A stretch of 64,000 nucleotides of DNA. Origin: a phage. The stretch lies in NCBI GenBank assembly GCA_012401045.1, contig GCA_012401045.1_4704.1. One strand, written 5' to 3'. Under the pieces are notes generated by a model. That model searched no databases. It worked only from the letters and a program-made list of their open reading frames with translations, and was not told the origin of the DNA. Made by a program: the position numbers and the translations under genes. Below, piece by piece: positions 62,569 through 64,000 of the stretch (its first letter is position 1; each line of letters opens with the position of its first letter).

Positions 62569-64000
62569 TTATTTTTTACTCGGACGATTCAATGCGGGTA
62601 CCGGGTTCTTTGGTTGCTTTGTCTTTTCATCCATCCAGTACGGGAAGTACTCACCAGTACGCATACGCAATAAGTCCATTGTGGACAGGAACGGCAGCGG
62701 GTTAGGATCGTCCAGATACGTCCAGTAACCACGCGTGTTTAACAATACATCCCAATCGAAACCTTTTGCTTTAAGATCGTCGTACAGTTCCTGTGGGGTG
62801 CAATACAGCTGTGGGTTTTCGTAAACCTCTTGACGCCAGAGATTATGCATTTGACACAGCTCCGACGTAATTTCCAGAGCACGCTGTAAATACTCATCCT
62901 CTTCGCAGAGTGAACGAATGGTCGTACGCTGCAACGCAACATCCGGATAAATATCCAAATATACCGTTGAAGCACCATCAGCTGACTTACCACCTGACGC
63001 ATGCATACCCCAACCACGCATCCAATCTTTATCACGCAGGTAGTGGTATTCCGTTAATGATGGTTTAACCCCTTCGCTCTGACTAACCACAATCGGGAAC
63101 GGTAAGCCGGTGGGTCCGTTTTTAGCGCGCATGTTAAAGACTTGAATCAACTGCAGATCGGTATCCCCGATAAGGTTGTCACCAGGCCCACGCGGATAAA
63201 GGACGCGTTTATCCGCGTTCTGAAGAATCGTCAGTTTATCGATTTTCCAGAGGTTATTCGTATAAAACGTGAAGCGTTCCGGGACGTTCTTAAACTTCTC
63301 ATCGCCCTTAAACCCTTTCAGTTTTCGTACCGGTTGCTGTCCCGGCATACCACCAACGTTTACACCGTCACCAAGGTGGGCGGTCATGGTAATGTAGATA
63401 CCCGCCGACGCTGTGAGTACTGGCATCTGTGATAGAATCTGGCTTTTCGCAGCTGCTGAACGCATCGCTTCAGCATTCAGTTTTGCGCCACCCGCGGTTT
63501 CTTTATCGAACAGTGCATCAACGGCATCGATTGGTAATCCAGAGAAACTGTCGATGAGTACAACGGTCGGCAACCACCAGGTATAGTTCTCACCATGTTT
63601 ATTAATAAACGGAACGGCTTTGCGTTGAGATTTATCTTTGACCTTATCGTCACGGAATTTCTTAATCGCATCAAACCAAATGTTACCGCTCATCTGAACA
63701 GCATCGGTGATAAACACACGTTCTTCTTCGAAAAGATCAACACCTGCGATATTAGACATGTTCATCGCAAGCGTTAAGATACGTGTTGTCGTTAACGACA
63801 TTTCGGTGTCGTAAACGCTACTATTGCTGTTTGCGTAACGATCGATAACGCGTAACAAGCGAAACATTATGAACGTGGTTTTGTTCATGTTGCCGCGAGC
63901 GCCTGCGCCCTCAACAAGCATCATGCCGCCGTTACAAATGCTTTCACCGTGTTTACCGATATAGTACCGACCGCCAGATGTGGGAATATCCATTAAGCAA
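62569..64000 (-). CDS. UvsX/RecA-like recombinase (partial, 5' end beyond the window)
   Basis: MMLVEGAGARGNMNKTTF resembles the T4 UvsX Walker A region LLILAGPSKSFKSNF. VVLIDSFSGL resembles Walker B VVFIDSLGNL. AMRSAAAKSQIL resembles the RecA L2-adjacent region. The frame stays open upstream of the ATG at 63993 to the window edge. Confidence 0.65.
   Translation of the reverse strand, partial: CLMDIPTSGGRYYIGKHGESICNGGMMLVEGAGARGNMNKTTFIMFRLLRVIDRYANSNSSVYDTEMSLTTTRILTLAMNMSNIAGVDLFEEERVFITDAVQMSGNIWFDAIKKFRDDKVKDKSQRKAVPFINKHGENYTWWLPTVVLIDSFSGLPIDAVDALFDKETAGGAKLNAEAMRSAAAKSQILSQMPVLTASAGIYITMTAHLGDGVNVGGMPGQQPVRKLKGFKGDEKFKNVPERFTFYTNNLWKIDKLTILQNADKRVLYPRGPGDNLIGDTDLQLIQVFNMRAKNGPTGLPFPIVVSQSEGVKPSLTEYHYLRDKDWMRGWGMHASGGKSADGASTVYLDIYPDVALQRTTIRSLCEEDEYLQRALEITSELCQMHNLWRQEVYENPQLYCTPQELYDDLKAKGFDWDVLLNTRGYWTYLDDPNPLPFLSTMDLLRMRTGEYFPYWMDEKTKQPKNPVPALNRPSKK

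Noticed and set aside
1-64000. A search by eye for CRISPR arrays, rRNA, tRNA clusters, integrase or transposase genes, and toxin-antitoxin or known defence or anti-defence cassettes.
   Set aside because: There are no regularly spaced direct repeats and no RNA-gene signatures. There are no recombinase or transposase motifs apart from the UvsX/RecA-like gene. Small unknown genes may still hide such functions, but nothing in the sequence lets me claim it.

Overview
This window reads as a 64-kb segment of a phiKZ-like, nucleus-forming jumbo phage (Chimalliviridae-type). GGAGG-type ribosome-binding sites and codon usage suggest an enterobacterial host. About 60 tightly packed genes are present, mostly on the minus strand, and roughly two thirds have no function I can assign. 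Recognisable genes are: the nuclear-shell protein chimallin (5452..7347), the tubulin PhuZ (15305..16285), fragments of two split multisubunit RNA polymerases (non-virion beta-prime N fragment 3134..5359; virion beta 41669..46015 and beta-prime 46019..47665; a separate beta C-terminal fragment 61157..61831), a family-B-like DNA polymerase, the large terminase, probable tail sheath and tube, a probable prohead protease, a 2221-aa tape-measure-like virion protein with a GH19-type muramidase domain, a DUF488-like protein, a DUF2493/SLOG-like protein and a UvsX/RecA-like recombinase that runs off the right edge. The main finding is that the non-virion RNAP beta-prime gene is not truncated, as ORF calling suggests. 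It is interrupted twice inside the catalytic NADFDGD motif by two tandem ORF-less group I introns (3727..4103 and 3359..3713). These flank a 13-nt micro-exon (3714..3726) that encodes the Asp-Gly-Asp of the active site. Two conserved intergenic motif families are also visible: TATATTACCT (early-promoter-like) and TTTATGCCGT (often fused to the 3' side of terminator hairpins). Many GGGAGG/CCTCCC stem-loop terminators are present. Several frame anomalies may be recoding or sequence errors. I found no tRNA, rRNA, CRISPR array, transposase or integrase. All homology statements come from motif recognition by eye and were not checked against any database.
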